In this document: piece by piece, positions 49,493-58,250 of the stretch
Position numbering within the stretch: the first letter of the stretch is position 1
Layout of the letters: each line of letters begins with the position of its first letter
NCBI GenBank assembly: GCA_018141785.1
Contig: CP073341.1
Location: 2,837,261 to 2,901,260, forward strand
DNA length: 64,000 nt
Origin: Candidatus Paraprochloron terpiosi LD05
Lineage (GTDB): Bacteria; Cyanobacteriota; Cyanobacteriia; Cyanobacteriales; Prochloraceae
Reading direction: 5' to 3'
The notes under the pieces: generated by a model
What the model saw: the letters and a program-made list of their open reading frames with translations, nothing else
What the model was told of the DNA's origin: nothing
The model's database searches: none
Program-made: the position numbers and the translations under genes

Positions 49493-49522
49493 CCTGCTCC
49501 TGCGCAGCCGCGCCTGAGCAGG
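49493..49522. repeat. Mini-palindrome P3 (30 nt)
   Basis: CCTGCTCCTGCGCAGCCGCGCCTGAGCAGG. Confidence 0.8.
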
Positions 49523-49772
49523 CGGGAGAGGCTTGGTTGCACGATTACTGACGGTGGCCTCACTCTCATAGTTCATTCAGTTATCAAGGTTCGGTTTTCA
49601 CTACCTTAGAGTTTCGGTAATCTTTTACAATCGCCTATTTTCTCTTTAGATAGGATTGTCTGAGCCCTTCAGCCAGTTTCCCGGCTTAGATTTCACTCTG
49701 ACTTTTAGCCTAGAACCAAGCCCCTGCTTATGTTCTGCTTGCGCCGCGACTTTCACAGAGAACGAGCCGCAC

Positions 49773-50157
49773 TACCAAAACGCATCTAACTTACGGCGGG
49801 GTCTTATGTCGTGATACCTAGATTTAGTTGTCAAGGGACCCCCGCCATTAATCAATGCCGGGGGGGACGCCAAGGGCGGTTGCTTACGCAAAGCTTACGC
49901 AATCAGCTCCCTCTTGGGATATCCGCTTTTCAGTTTCTTTCGGTACTTAGATTGTGCGGGGGCTGCTTTCCCCAGCTGCAGGTTATATTTTGGCTTATGC
50001 CGCGATTTTCGCCTTCACGTCACTTTGTCTATCCTTTTGGTTTGATTTTTTCCCTGTTTTGGTTCTTAAACCTCTTGTCAGGACGCCATGTCGTTAAACC
50101 AAGCCCTAGTTTATATGCGAGCTAATGCCCACGTTTTCACGCTTGATCGAGCCGCAC
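49773..50157 (-). mobile_element. Mosaic of family D 5' end (D2) and family B 5' region, fused to the cca 3' end
   Basis: Minus strand GTGCGGCTCGATCAAGCGTGAAAACGTGGGC...GTGACGTGAAG|GCGAAAATCGCGGCATAAGCC...GCGTCCC[P1]TCCCTTGACAACTAAATC. The D/B junction falls in the shared GGCGAAAATC string. Confidence 0.55.
49839..49864. repeat. Mini-palindrome P1 (26 nt)
   Basis: Exact copy. B1 lacks it at this site (GCGTCCCAAGACAACTAAATC). Confidence 0.85.
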
Positions 50158-51359
50158 AATTCCAGAGCTTCTTCCCTAGTGGTAATTTTACCTTCTATCC
50201 GTGCTAGTTGAACTTCCCTTAATAGTTCCCCAATCTTGGGACTAGGGGGTAAATTGAGATGAGTCATAATATCCTTCCCCGTAACCAATGGCTGAGGATG
50301 AGCTACTATATCCAAAGGATCTAAATAACGGTTCATCAAAGGAGCTAAGTTTTTAAACCCCAGGCTATTTGCTACCCCTAATACTGCTACAATAGGAAAA
50401 ACATCCCCTACATCCACAAAGAAGAAATATTGCTCTTTTAGACTGAGAGGTGTTTCCAGAAGGAGCAGTTGGGGTAATACCTTTAATGCAGTAACCACAG
50501 AGCGAATTTCTGCCCGAGAATACTTCAGTTTCAATAGTTCTACTTCTGCTTCAGAAGGTCTCTGGGAAACGAGACTTGCCAGTTTGGCTGTCTTCAAGCA
50601 AGATGGATAATAATTGTTTAATTGGGGCCAAGTAGCAATCATCGTATTTGCTGCTGCGTCTATTTTAGCTACTTGCTGCAACTTTTCCGGGGTAACATTA
50701 ACCAACCAGGACTGGAACAAACCATCTCTATATGCTTCAGGCAACCATTTGTTTCCTGTTTCTTTTTTGAGTAAATATCCTAACTCCGTTTGGACTCTTT
50801 CTGCTGCTACTGCACCCAACTTACCTGCTAAACTGCGAATTGTTGCTCTGGTGAGGGGATCGATGGTAAAATTTAACTGTGCAGCAATTCGATAAGCTCG
50901 CAACAACCTTAAAGGGTCATCTTCCAGATTGGTTTTGGCTACCATTCTCATTACCCCCCGTTTCAGATCCAACCTCCCCCCTAAAGGGTCAATTATTGCT
51001 TCGGTTTTCGGGTTATAAGCGATGGCGTTGACCGTAAAATCCCGCCGTTGCAAGTCCTTTACCAAATTCTCCCCAACCTGAGGAGCAAAGTCCACCGTTG
51101 CTTCCCGAAAAACTACCCTGGCAATTTGCCGTTCTGGATCTAAGAGCACAAACCCAACCCCATAATGACGGGCTATTTTCCGTGCAGTCTCTACTGGTTC
51201 GGTGGGTAAGACAAAGTCCAAATCTAAATATTCCTGCTGAGTGGAACCCGAAAGGAAAGCATTCCGCACCGCACCTCCCACCAAATAAGCTGTTTCTGGT
51301 AGCCACTCCAAACCAAAAGGCCAATTTTGAGGCGATAAACTAGAAAAAGGCATCTTCAA
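50106..51359 (-). CDS. cca: CCA-adding enzyme (tRNA nucleotidyltransferase); last 16 codons intron-derived
   Basis: 417 aa. GGAVRNAFL...DLDF..., RRDFTVNAIAY, DPLRLLRAYR. The host-coded part ends at 50158 (...EEALEL), then CGSIKRENVGISSHIN* is read from the GTGCGGCTCGATCAAGCG intron 5' end. Confidence 0.85.
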   Translation of the reverse strand: MKMPFSSLSPQNWPFGLEWLPETAYLVGGAVRNAFLSGSTQQEYLDLDFVLPTEPVETARKIARHYGVGFVLLDPERQIARVVFREATVDFAPQVGENLVKDLQRRDFTVNAIAYNPKTEAIIDPLGGRLDLKRGVMRMVAKTNLEDDPLRLLRAYRIAAQLNFTIDPLTRATIRSLAGKLGAVAAERVQTELGYLLKKETGNKWLPEAYRDGLFQSWLVNVTPEKLQQVAKIDAAANTMIATWPQLNNYYPSCLKTAKLASLVSQRPSEAEVELLKLKYSRAEIRSVVTALKVLPQLLLLETPLSLKEQYFFFVDVGDVFPIVAVLGVANSLGFKNLAPLMNRYLDPLDIVAHPQPLVTGKDIMTHLNLPPSPKIGELLREVQLARIEGKITTREEALELCGSIKRENVGISSHIN

Positions 51360-51382
51360 CCAAGAAAGGGAATAATAGGTAT

Positions 51383-51631
51383 ATGTGTATTTGTATAAAC
51401 TGCTACTTTGTAGACCGCTGTGAAACCTATCATGCAGTAGAAACTCAGCACCAACAACCCCACTTGACGGACAACCCGGACTTTGAACCGGACGAACCCA
51501 CTATCAATGTCAATATCCGTCCCCAACAAGACCATGTCGAAATGGAGTGGGACGTGGTGGGTTGTCACAGTTTCCTGAAAGAAGATGGGAAATGGGCAAA
51601 ACTGCGACCAGGAGAAGCAGTCCCTACCTAA
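51383..51631 (+). CDS. ycf34: Ycf34 family protein
   Basis: 82 aa. MCICINCYFVDRCETYHAVE cysteine motif. Confidence 0.8.
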   Translation: MCICINCYFVDRCETYHAVETQHQQPHLTDNPDFEPDEPTINVNIRPQQDHVEMEWDVVGCHSFLKEDGKWAKLRPGEAVPT

Positions 51632-51706
51632 ACACTTATCATGACAGTCTCACCTGGATTGTGTTAATATGTCAATTTTAGTAAACCTTTGTCAAGATTG
51701 GGCTGA

Positions 51707-52315
51707 ATGTCATTAGAGCTTTTCTCATTAGATAACATCCAGGAAATAGCACGTCAATACGGATATTGGGCTGTATTTTTGGGAATAGCTCTAGAAAATA
51801 CAGGAATACCTCTACCTGGGGAAACAATCACTGTGGTGGGGGGTTTTTTTGCAGGTAGCGGCGAGTTAAAATATTGGTTAGTGTTGGGTAGCGCCATTTC
51901 TGGTGCGGTTCTGGGGGATAATTTTGGTTACTGGATTGGTAGAATGGGGGGTTGGCCATTTTTACTCAAAGTAGGAAGCATTTTTCGGATTCAGGAGAAA
52001 CAATTAGAAGAAGGGAGAAATAAATTTAGAAAGAACGCTGAATCAGCAGTCTTTTTTGGTCGCTTTATCGCCCTCTTGCGGATTTTTGCCGGTCCCATAG
52101 CTGGAGTCGCCGAAATGCCCTATGGTCGATTTTTACTTTGCAATTTCAGCGGTGCTGCTTTGTGGGGATTCATAATGGTCAGTATATCATTTTTCCTGGG
52201 CAAATTGGTTCCTTTATACCAAATAGTCCATTGGATCAGCCAATTTGGTGTTGCTCTCCTCTTTTTAATCATCCTTGGGTTTATCCTGACCACCTGGTGG
52301 GAGTCTCAAGATTAG
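51707..52315 (+). CDS. DedA family membrane protein
   Basis: 202 aa. LENTGIPLPGETI...FGRFIALLRIFAGPIAG. Confidence 0.8.
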   Translation: MSLELFSLDNIQEIARQYGYWAVFLGIALENTGIPLPGETITVVGGFFAGSGELKYWLVLGSAISGAVLGDNFGYWIGRMGGWPFLLKVGSIFRIQEKQLEEGRNKFRKNAESAVFFGRFIALLRIFAGPIAGVAEMPYGRFLLCNFSGAALWGFIMVSISFFLGKLVPLYQIVHWISQFGVALLFLIILGFILTTWWESQD

Positions 52316-52332
52316 ACAGCAATTCTTAAATT

Positions 52333-52395
52333 GTAGGTTGGGTAGAAAGTCGTGAAACCTGCAAATGTTGGGTTTCGTCCCTCAATCCAACCTAC
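52333..52395. repeat. Palindromic intergenic repeat (GTAGGTTGGG...CCAACCTAC)
   Basis: Inverted termini with an internal TGTTGGGTTTCG motif. It resembles dispersed cyanobacterial MITE-like repeats. Only one copy is in the window. Confidence 0.3.
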
Positions 52396-52873
52396 TAATA
52401 CTGGGTAGAAAATCTTCACAATTACTAGTTAAATGAGCCAATCTATTTGACCAAGACAGCATATTTTAAAACTTCCCTGTGTACAAGAAAGTTCAATAAC
52501 TTCAAACAGTGATAGGACAAAAATAACTCTTACTGACTTTTGATGAATTAGATGATAAACAGGCTGAATTATTAGCAAGCTTTACCAACACTAAGCTTCC
52601 AGAAGTGCAAGAAGTTATCGCATTAGGAAAGGAAGTGAAGGAAAAACAACATGAATCAACCCGATTCGATTCCCTCTGGGATGAAACAGGAGAAATCTTC
52701 TCTCGTTGGAATTTACAGGAGATTCCTTTCTCCGAGAGTGCTTCCAGTTTGCAGTCTAATTTAGATAAAGTGTTTACTGGTCGAAGTTCCGAGTTAAAGC
52801 AAGTCTTCCAACTGCTGCTCTCACTCAAGAGCTTCTAATTCGAGAGAGAGGTTTATAGTAAGGCGGCTCAATG

Positions 52874-52901
52874 ACACCGAAGGTGCCGCCCTTGGCGTCC
52901 C
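52874..52901. repeat. Mini-palindrome P2 (the only copy outside intron DNA)
   Basis: ACACCGAAGGTGCCGCCCTTGGCGTCCC in intergenic DNA. Confidence 0.75.
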
Positions 52902-53197
52902 AAGAATCGTGGTCGTGTCAATTGACCTAACAATCGAACTGAAACAACTGGACTCCCAGTTACGGCGCGCTATCCCTCCCCACGCCGCTACGCTGAGCGT
53001 GGGGTCTCCCGCGCGTTACGATGAAAGTAATGGGGGTATCCTGATTATAGCAGCGAATGCTATTGAGCAGTGCGACCCGCCTGTTCCATTACTTTATCAT
53101 TAGCTGTAATATAAATGCCTCGTACCATGATAGGGCGATCTGTGGTAACAGATCTGGCGGGTGGGGCGCGCCCCACCCCCAGATCGCCAGATTCGAG

Positions 53198-53271
53198 TGG
53201 AGGTAAGCGGAGTCGAACCGCTGACATCCTGCTTGCAAAGCAGGTGCTACTACCAACTGAGCTATACCCCC
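53198..53271 (-). tRNA. tRNA-Ala (anticodon UGC)
   Basis: GGGGGTATAGCTCAGTTGGTAGTAGCACCTGCTTTGCAAGCAGGATGTCAGCGGTTCGACTCCGCTTACCTCCA. G3:U70 is present. No encoded CCA. It is followed by the palindrome GGGTGGGGCGCGCCCCACCC. Confidence 0.95.
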
Positions 53272-53359
53272 GAATTTTTACTATTATACAAAGAATAATT
53301 CCCTTGTCAAGGGTTTTGACAAAAAAATTTTTTCTGGATTTTCAGCATTATACCACAAA

Positions 53360-54088
53360 ATGACTATTATTGCCACATTTTATAAATTTGTTTCCCTAAA
53401 GAACTTGGTGGACTTTCAACAATCCCTGGGGCAAAACTGCCTTGAATTGGGAGTGAAAGGAACCATTCTCTTAGCTCCAGAAGGGATTAACGGTACCATC
53501 GCCGGTTCCAGGGAGACTATTGATTCGTTGCTCGGTTTACTCCGTTCCCACCCCCTTTTATCCGATTTAGACTCGAAAGAGTCTTTTGCTGCCCAGCCAC
53601 CTTTTAAACGGATGAAAGTTCGTCTGAAGCGGGAAATCGTCACTTTGGGTATTGCTAATGTAAAACCGAGATTACAAGTAGGAACCTATGTCAGCCCCCA
53701 GGACTGGAATAAGCTCATTTCTGACCCGGGGGTAACAGTCATAGATACTCGCAACCACTATGAGATAGCCCTAGGTACTTTTAAGGGAGCAGAAAATCCC
53801 CAAACCAAGTCATTCGGCAAGTTTCCCGACTATGTGTACCACCACCTGGATCCGAAGAAACAGAAAAAGGTGGCTTTATTTTGTACCGGAGGCATTCGCT
53901 GCGAAAAAGCGACGTCTTATTTGTTGGCTCAAGGTTTTGAAGAGGTATATCATCTTAAAGGGGGTATTCTCAAGTATTTCGAGGAAGTACCGACAGAAGA
54001 AAGTCTTTGGGAAGGAGAGTGTTTTGTGTTTGACGAACGTATCACCGTGAGTCAAGATAATTTAAATAAAGGAGGAAATTATGGATGA
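53360..54088 (+). CDS. trhO: Rhodanese-domain protein of the UPF0176/TrhO (tRNA U34 hydroxylase) family
   Basis: 242 aa. ATFYKF..., IDTRNHYE..., the active-site loop [10 protein letters not shown]. Confidence 0.75.
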   Translation: MTIIATFYKFVSLKNLVDFQQSLGQNCLELGVKGTILLAPEGINGTIAGSRETIDSLLGLLRSHPLLSDLDSKESFAAQPPFKRMKVRLKREIVTLGIANVKPRLQVGTYVSPQDWNKLISDPGVTVIDTRNHYEIALGTFKGAENPQTKSFGKFPDYVYHHLDPKKQKKVALFCTGGIRCEKATSYLLAQGFEEVYHLKGGILKYFEEVPTEESLWEGECFVFDERITVSQDNLNKGGNYG

Positions 54089-54413
54089 AGCGGTTGGGAA
54101 ATTAGCAGGAGTGGGTTTACCCGGCGTTATTCTTCTTATCGCAATGGCAAGTACAGGGTTAACGGGAGCCGCAGCAATTACAGCCGCACTGGCAATGTTG
54201 GGACCAGGTGGTATGATTGGAGGAGTTGTCTTCTTAGGTATTATTGGTTTAGCATCAGATTCTTTGAGCAAATATGGCTTATCCACTTTGCTTAAAGGCA
54301 TTTACCATAAGCGTCTTGCCAATGGGGAACCTTTAGACAATTTGATTAAAGAGATTAATAGATTGCCCATTTCTAAAAGACTTAAATTAGTACTCAAGGA
54401 CGAAATTTGTTAA
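54081..54413 (+). CDS. Hypothetical small membrane protein
   Basis: 110 aa with two Gly/Ala-rich hydrophobic segments. Its start overlaps the upstream stop by 8 nt. Confidence 0.4.
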   Translation: MDEAVGKLAGVGLPGVILLIAMASTGLTGAAAITAALAMLGPGGMIGGVVFLGIIGLASDSLSKYGLSTLLKGIYHKRLANGEPLDNLIKEINRLPISKRLKLVLKDEIC

Positions 54414-54564
54414 TTTATTATATAAAATATGTATGCCAAGTTATTACCACTCAACAGTACTAACTTGGAACCAGAGCGCGGCGCTTATAAAATGGGGAAT
54501 AATTTTTCTTGCCCTTAGTCCCAAGGGTGTAATATAGTCTTTCCAAAGTTCAATTAATTGTTGA

Positions 54565-55758
54565 TTGTTTAAGCTGAAGCAACTACTTTTAGCCTCTTTA
54601 GTTTTATTAGGGGGGTGTCTTCTGGTAAGCACCTCAGCCTCATCGCCAAAATGCCTGGCGTCTGAACCAGGTGACAGCCAGTCATTTGGTCACGCATTGG
54701 CAGTTAGCGAGGATTATCTGGCTGTGGGGGATCCAGAAGCTAATCGTGTTGTGCTCTATCGGCGAGATACCAGAGGGGGTTGGGCAAGGACACGGGAAAT
54801 TCTTCCCCCGGCAGGATCTGCTGCGGAACAAGTTGGGGTTGGCTTTGGTTATGCGGTTGCTCTTAACAACGATACTCTGGTTATCGGTGCTTACATCAGG
54901 AGCACACATAGAAGACCTAATAATACATTTGAGGTTGAGGAGTCAGGCTCGATTTACTTTGCCTCGTTTCTCTCTGGGGAAATTGGCTCATTACAGGAAG
55001 TATTAATTCCTGAAACAGATATAGTAGCTGGTTACGCTGTTTCATTTCTGAGTGACAAGATTGCATTTGCGGTTAGACCTAAAGTCGCTCTTGGAAATAC
55101 TTGGCTTGAGCGCCTGCTAATAGCAGATAGCACTGGAAAAATAACCAAGCAGCGCGAGGCTCCAGATGAGCTCGATAGCAACTTTGAATTAATTATGGAT
55201 AGGGCTAACGGAGCACTGTTGATTGGTGTAAGTAGTACCTCATCCCGTGGGATGGCATATTTAATCACTGTAGATGGAAAATTTGATAAAATCTCATTTG
55301 AAGAAACAGGTCTATCTCCTTTTTCAAGAAGAGGCCCCTTTGCGATTACTGATAGTTTAATGGCAATTGGCCGTTGGAGAGCTTTTAATAGCTCAGATAC
55401 GGTTTTATTATGGCACTCAGTAGAGAAAGGATGGTCCTATATAGATAGTGTACATTTGAGTGGGCCTCTAGATACTAATGGCTCTCAAGTGTTGATCTCA
55501 AATAGAAACGAGGGAGCGGGGGCAATGCCTTCTTTTCCTCCTACTCCTTTATCTGAGCCGGATCATTTACTAGTTCGAGTTGATGCAAATCAAGTTGCAG
55601 TTGAGTCAGAAATCAAATGGCATCGAGGTGGTAAATATAGCAAATTTACAAATGGATTAATTGACTCAGATGATCTAATTCTTAGTGCAAAAGGACAAGT
55701 TGTTCAAATACCGATGGCTAGTCTCACAGGTTCGCATGTTATTAAAAATTGCCTCTAA
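54565..55758 (+). CDS. Putative lipoprotein with FG-GAP/beta-propeller-like repeats
   Basis: 397 aa. Lipobox LVLLGGC. Repeats of the type FGHALAVSEDYLAVGDP and GFGYAVALNNDTLVIGAY. Confidence 0.55.
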   Translation: MFKLKQLLLASLVLLGGCLLVSTSASSPKCLASEPGDSQSFGHALAVSEDYLAVGDPEANRVVLYRRDTRGGWARTREILPPAGSAAEQVGVGFGYAVALNNDTLVIGAYIRSTHRRPNNTFEVEESGSIYFASFLSGEIGSLQEVLIPETDIVAGYAVSFLSDKIAFAVRPKVALGNTWLERLLIADSTGKITKQREAPDELDSNFELIMDRANGALLIGVSSTSSRGMAYLITVDGKFDKISFEETGLSPFSRRGPFAITDSLMAIGRWRAFNSSDTVLLWHSVEKGWSYIDSVHLSGPLDTNGSQVLISNRNEGAGAMPSFPPTPLSEPDHLLVRVDANQVAVESEIKWHRGGKYSKFTNGLIDSDDLILSAKGQVVQIPMASLTGSHVIKNCL

Positions 55759-55796
55759 ACTTTTGTTGGCCAATCAAATCTCATTGGAAATCTCTA

Positions 55797-58250
55797 TTTA
55801 AGGAGTCGGGTAAGGTTCAGGAATCGCTTCCATCCCCTCCCCTAAGAACCGGACGTGACAGTTTCCTATCATCCGGCTCAAGCCTCACTTCAAGCCCTGC
55901 TTGGAATTTTCTTGAATGTACCTGCTTATGACACGTTTTATGTAGGTGTTGAAGGTTGTCGATATCGTCAGAACCTCCATCCCTTATAGGTACTATGTGA
56001 TGGGTTTCGATTTCCTCCCCGTTGAAGAGGTGGTCGTGGCAGATTGGGCATTTCCAATCTTGCGACTTTCCAACGTTTTCGTATTTTGAGCCTTTAGACC
56101 ATATAATCTTGCCCGACTTCGTTCGCCGCTTTGACCAATATTCCACCTGTTCGGGGTCGTCTGGGGAATAAGCTCCCTTAACTTTGATATGTCTTTCAAT
56201 CGGGACAGTTTTTATATTGTACAAGTTATGTACTATTCTTTTGCCCCTCCGGTCATTACCTTCGTAGAAAAACACCCAATTTCTTTCGCCCGTTGTTCGG
56301 AAGTACTTTTCTTTTACCCATTTTCGTGATTTTTTGGGGTGTCGTCTTTTTGCCCAACGCCAGAGGTACCACCATACTCGGTTGTGTATATATGAAAAGG
56401 TTTCTTTGCTGCATACTCCTCTGTAGTAATTCGCAAAACCTCTGAGAAGCGGTTCTATCTTGCGGATGACCTGTTCTGGGGTTTTTGTTTTCATGCTGTC
56501 GATGGTTGCACCGACTTTCTTGCAGAGTTCTAATACCTTTGACTTCTGTGGCTCAATGATTAGTTTATCCCGTAGGATTTTATCTTCTCCTTTCACCTCA
56601 TAGTGTCTCAAGTTAAACCCCAGGAAATCAAATCCGTCTCTTAAATGTACTATCCGCGTCTTCTCATCACTAATCTCAAGACCTCGTTCTGACAGCCATT
56701 GATTTATCTGGATTTTCAATTCCTCCAAGGATTCCTTGTCCTTTGCAGTGACTACGAAATCATCTGCGTACCTGATGACGCCTACCTTTGGGTTACATTC
56801 TTTGATATATGTTTCTAACCCGTGGAGTCCGATATTTGCTAACAAAGGACTTATTACGCCACCCTGTGGAGTTCCTTTTTCAGTTGGGCTATATCCCTTC
56901 TTACTCTCGATAGATCCAGCTTTTAACCATCCATCAACCAAGGTATTTTCCCTGACTGCTGTCTGGATGGATTTATGGTCAATGTTGTCAAAGAAGCCTT
57001 TGATATCAGCGTCCAAAACCCATTTATCGTGCTTTCGCCATGTTCCGGTCTTCGTTTTATAGTCGCCGCGTAGTCTACTGAAACATTGTCCAATAGCATC
57101 TAGGCAACTTCGACCGGGTCTGAAGCCATAGGAGTTAGCTTCAAACTTGGCCTCCCATTCGGGTTCCAGTGCATTTTTGACTATTGCCTGAGCGACTCTA
57201 TCTCTGATGGTTGGGATTCCAAGAGGACGTTTCTTACCATTCGCTTTAGGAATGTATACCCGTCTGGCAGGTTTTGCCTTGGGCATTTCCCAGTTATTGG
57301 CAAGTTTCACACGCTGTGCTGGGGTGTCTATGACCTCCTTATCTACCCCCGCTGTTCGTTTTCCGGTATTTACCTGTGTGATTTGTCTGATGCTCAGTAA
57401 TAGGTTCGACCGACATCTTTTCATCAGTTTCTGTAAAGACAGTAATCGTCTCCACAGTCCAAGCTTTTGGGCACGAAATATCCGACCGCGTAAATTCCTA
57501 ACAATCTTTTTTGTGCGACGCCAGTTAATGTCGCCCCACTCAGTTAATTGTCCGTTCAGTCCATTTTCGGGAATTTCTTCCGTCATCTAACTTTTCCGTT
57601 CGTTTGGTTTCTAGTTGTCTTCAATTTTCGTATGAGACCCAAGTGAAGTCTGCTATTCCTTTCGGTCAAGGGCAAATTTTGAACCCCTATCTCCCTCATT
57701 ACAAGGGAGCATTCGCTTTTTCACTCATCCTTTACCCTCCAGAGAATTCTGCCTCCGTTACCTTTGGCTTACTAACGGACTCGACCCTCCGTTAGACTCT
57801 GTAGGGCTTATCCTGTTGTTTCGCTTAGTTTTCTTAACTGGTTAGGCTGGTTCCTTTCCCCCGGTAGCGCTCTGGTTCCCCGAATTGATAATACTCCAGT
57901 ATCAATTCTTCCCGAACTGATAACCATATAGTGTCAGTTCCTGTCTACTTGCCATTTTGGCTAAGGCGTATCAGAGATAATTTCGCCTTTCATGGGTCAC
58001 GAGGTTTATACGGAGGGATTCGTTGAAGGCGAATCCTTTTACTTCACTTTCGTTCAGCCTTCCAGCTATTTCCCTCTTGCTCCTGACCCTTAATCTCTAG
58101 GGCTTCGGTTACTTTCGGGGTCTGCATTCCAACGGTTTTATTACTTACTCCCGCCGTGACCGGACTCATAGAGTCTTTTCCGTGAGGGCTAGGGGTGGAA
58201 CTCCCTAGGGGACTCGATGTCCCGTACTAAACGACCAGTTCAGGCCGCGC
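55797..58250 (-). mobile_element. Full-length group II intron, family F, with an intact IEP; boundaries approximate
   Basis: Domain V is GAGCCGGAUGAUAGGAAACUGUCACGUCCGGUUCU at 55845..55879. Domain VI has a bulged A (CCCGA*CUCC) and an end near 55796..55799. The 5' region GCGCGGCCUGAACUGGUCGUUUAGUACGGG starts at 58250 and is non-canonical (GCGCG). Confidence 0.8.
55817..57586 (-). CDS. Group II intron reverse transcriptase/maturase with an HNH endonuclease domain
   Basis: 589 aa. GTPQGGVISPLLANI, IRYADDFVV, a maturase region, and HNH (CPICHDHL...THHIVPIRDGGSDDIDNLQHLHKTCH). The C-terminal tail EPDDRKLSRPVL is a translation of domain V. Confidence 0.95.
   Translation of the reverse strand: MTEEIPENGLNGQLTEWGDINWRRTKKIVRNLRGRIFRAQKLGLWRRLLSLQKLMKRCRSNLLLSIRQITQVNTGKRTAGVDKEVIDTPAQRVKLANNWEMPKAKPARRVYIPKANGKKRPLGIPTIRDRVAQAIVKNALEPEWEAKFEANSYGFRPGRSCLDAIGQCFSRLRGDYKTKTGTWRKHDKWVLDADIKGFFDNIDHKSIQTAVRENTLVDGWLKAGSIESKKGYSPTEKGTPQGGVISPLLANIGLHGLETYIKECNPKVGVIRYADDFVVTAKDKESLEELKIQINQWLSERGLEISDEKTRIVHLRDGFDFLGFNLRHYEVKGEDKILRDKLIIEPQKSKVLELCKKVGATIDSMKTKTPEQVIRKIEPLLRGFANYYRGVCSKETFSYIHNRVWWYLWRWAKRRHPKKSRKWVKEKYFRTTGERNWVFFYEGNDRRGKRIVHNLYNIKTVPIERHIKVKGAYSPDDPEQVEYWSKRRTKSGKIIWSKGSKYENVGKSQDWKCPICHDHLFNGEEIETHHIVPIRDGGSDDIDNLQHLHKTCHKQVHSRKFQAGLEVRLEPDDRKLSRPVLRGGDGSDS

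Larger units (their letters stand above)
48281..49772 (-). mobile_element. Family A intron with an internal deletion (A6)
   Basis: The 3' end ...CGACTCTAAT lies at 48281, domain V is intact, and the 5' end GTGCGGCTCGTTCTCTGTGAAAGTCGCGG lies at 49772. IEP pieces are 48356..48715, 48594..48827 and 48820..49041. The RT N-terminal two thirds are deleted. It carries P2 (49380) and P3 (49493). Confidence 0.7.

Noticed and set aside
12722-49864. CRISPR array, as an explanation for the repeated 26-30 nt palindromes
   Set aside because: The copies are not regularly spaced and occur in both orientations, embedded in intron sequences. No cas genes are present.
52502-52838. Overlapping ORFs 52605..52838 (plus) and 52502..52828 (minus)
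   Set aside because: The plus frame contains an FTGRSSELKQVFQLL motif, reminiscent of the N-terminus of STAND/AAA ATPases, but it stops after 77 aa. It is at best a gene fragment, and the evidence is too weak to call.
22356-57586. Diversity-generating retroelement or retron, as an explanation for the reverse transcriptases
   Set aside because: Every RT has a maturase region plus HNH domain and is embedded between group II domain I-III sequence and domains V/VI. No template/variable repeat pair or msr/msd-like structure was seen.
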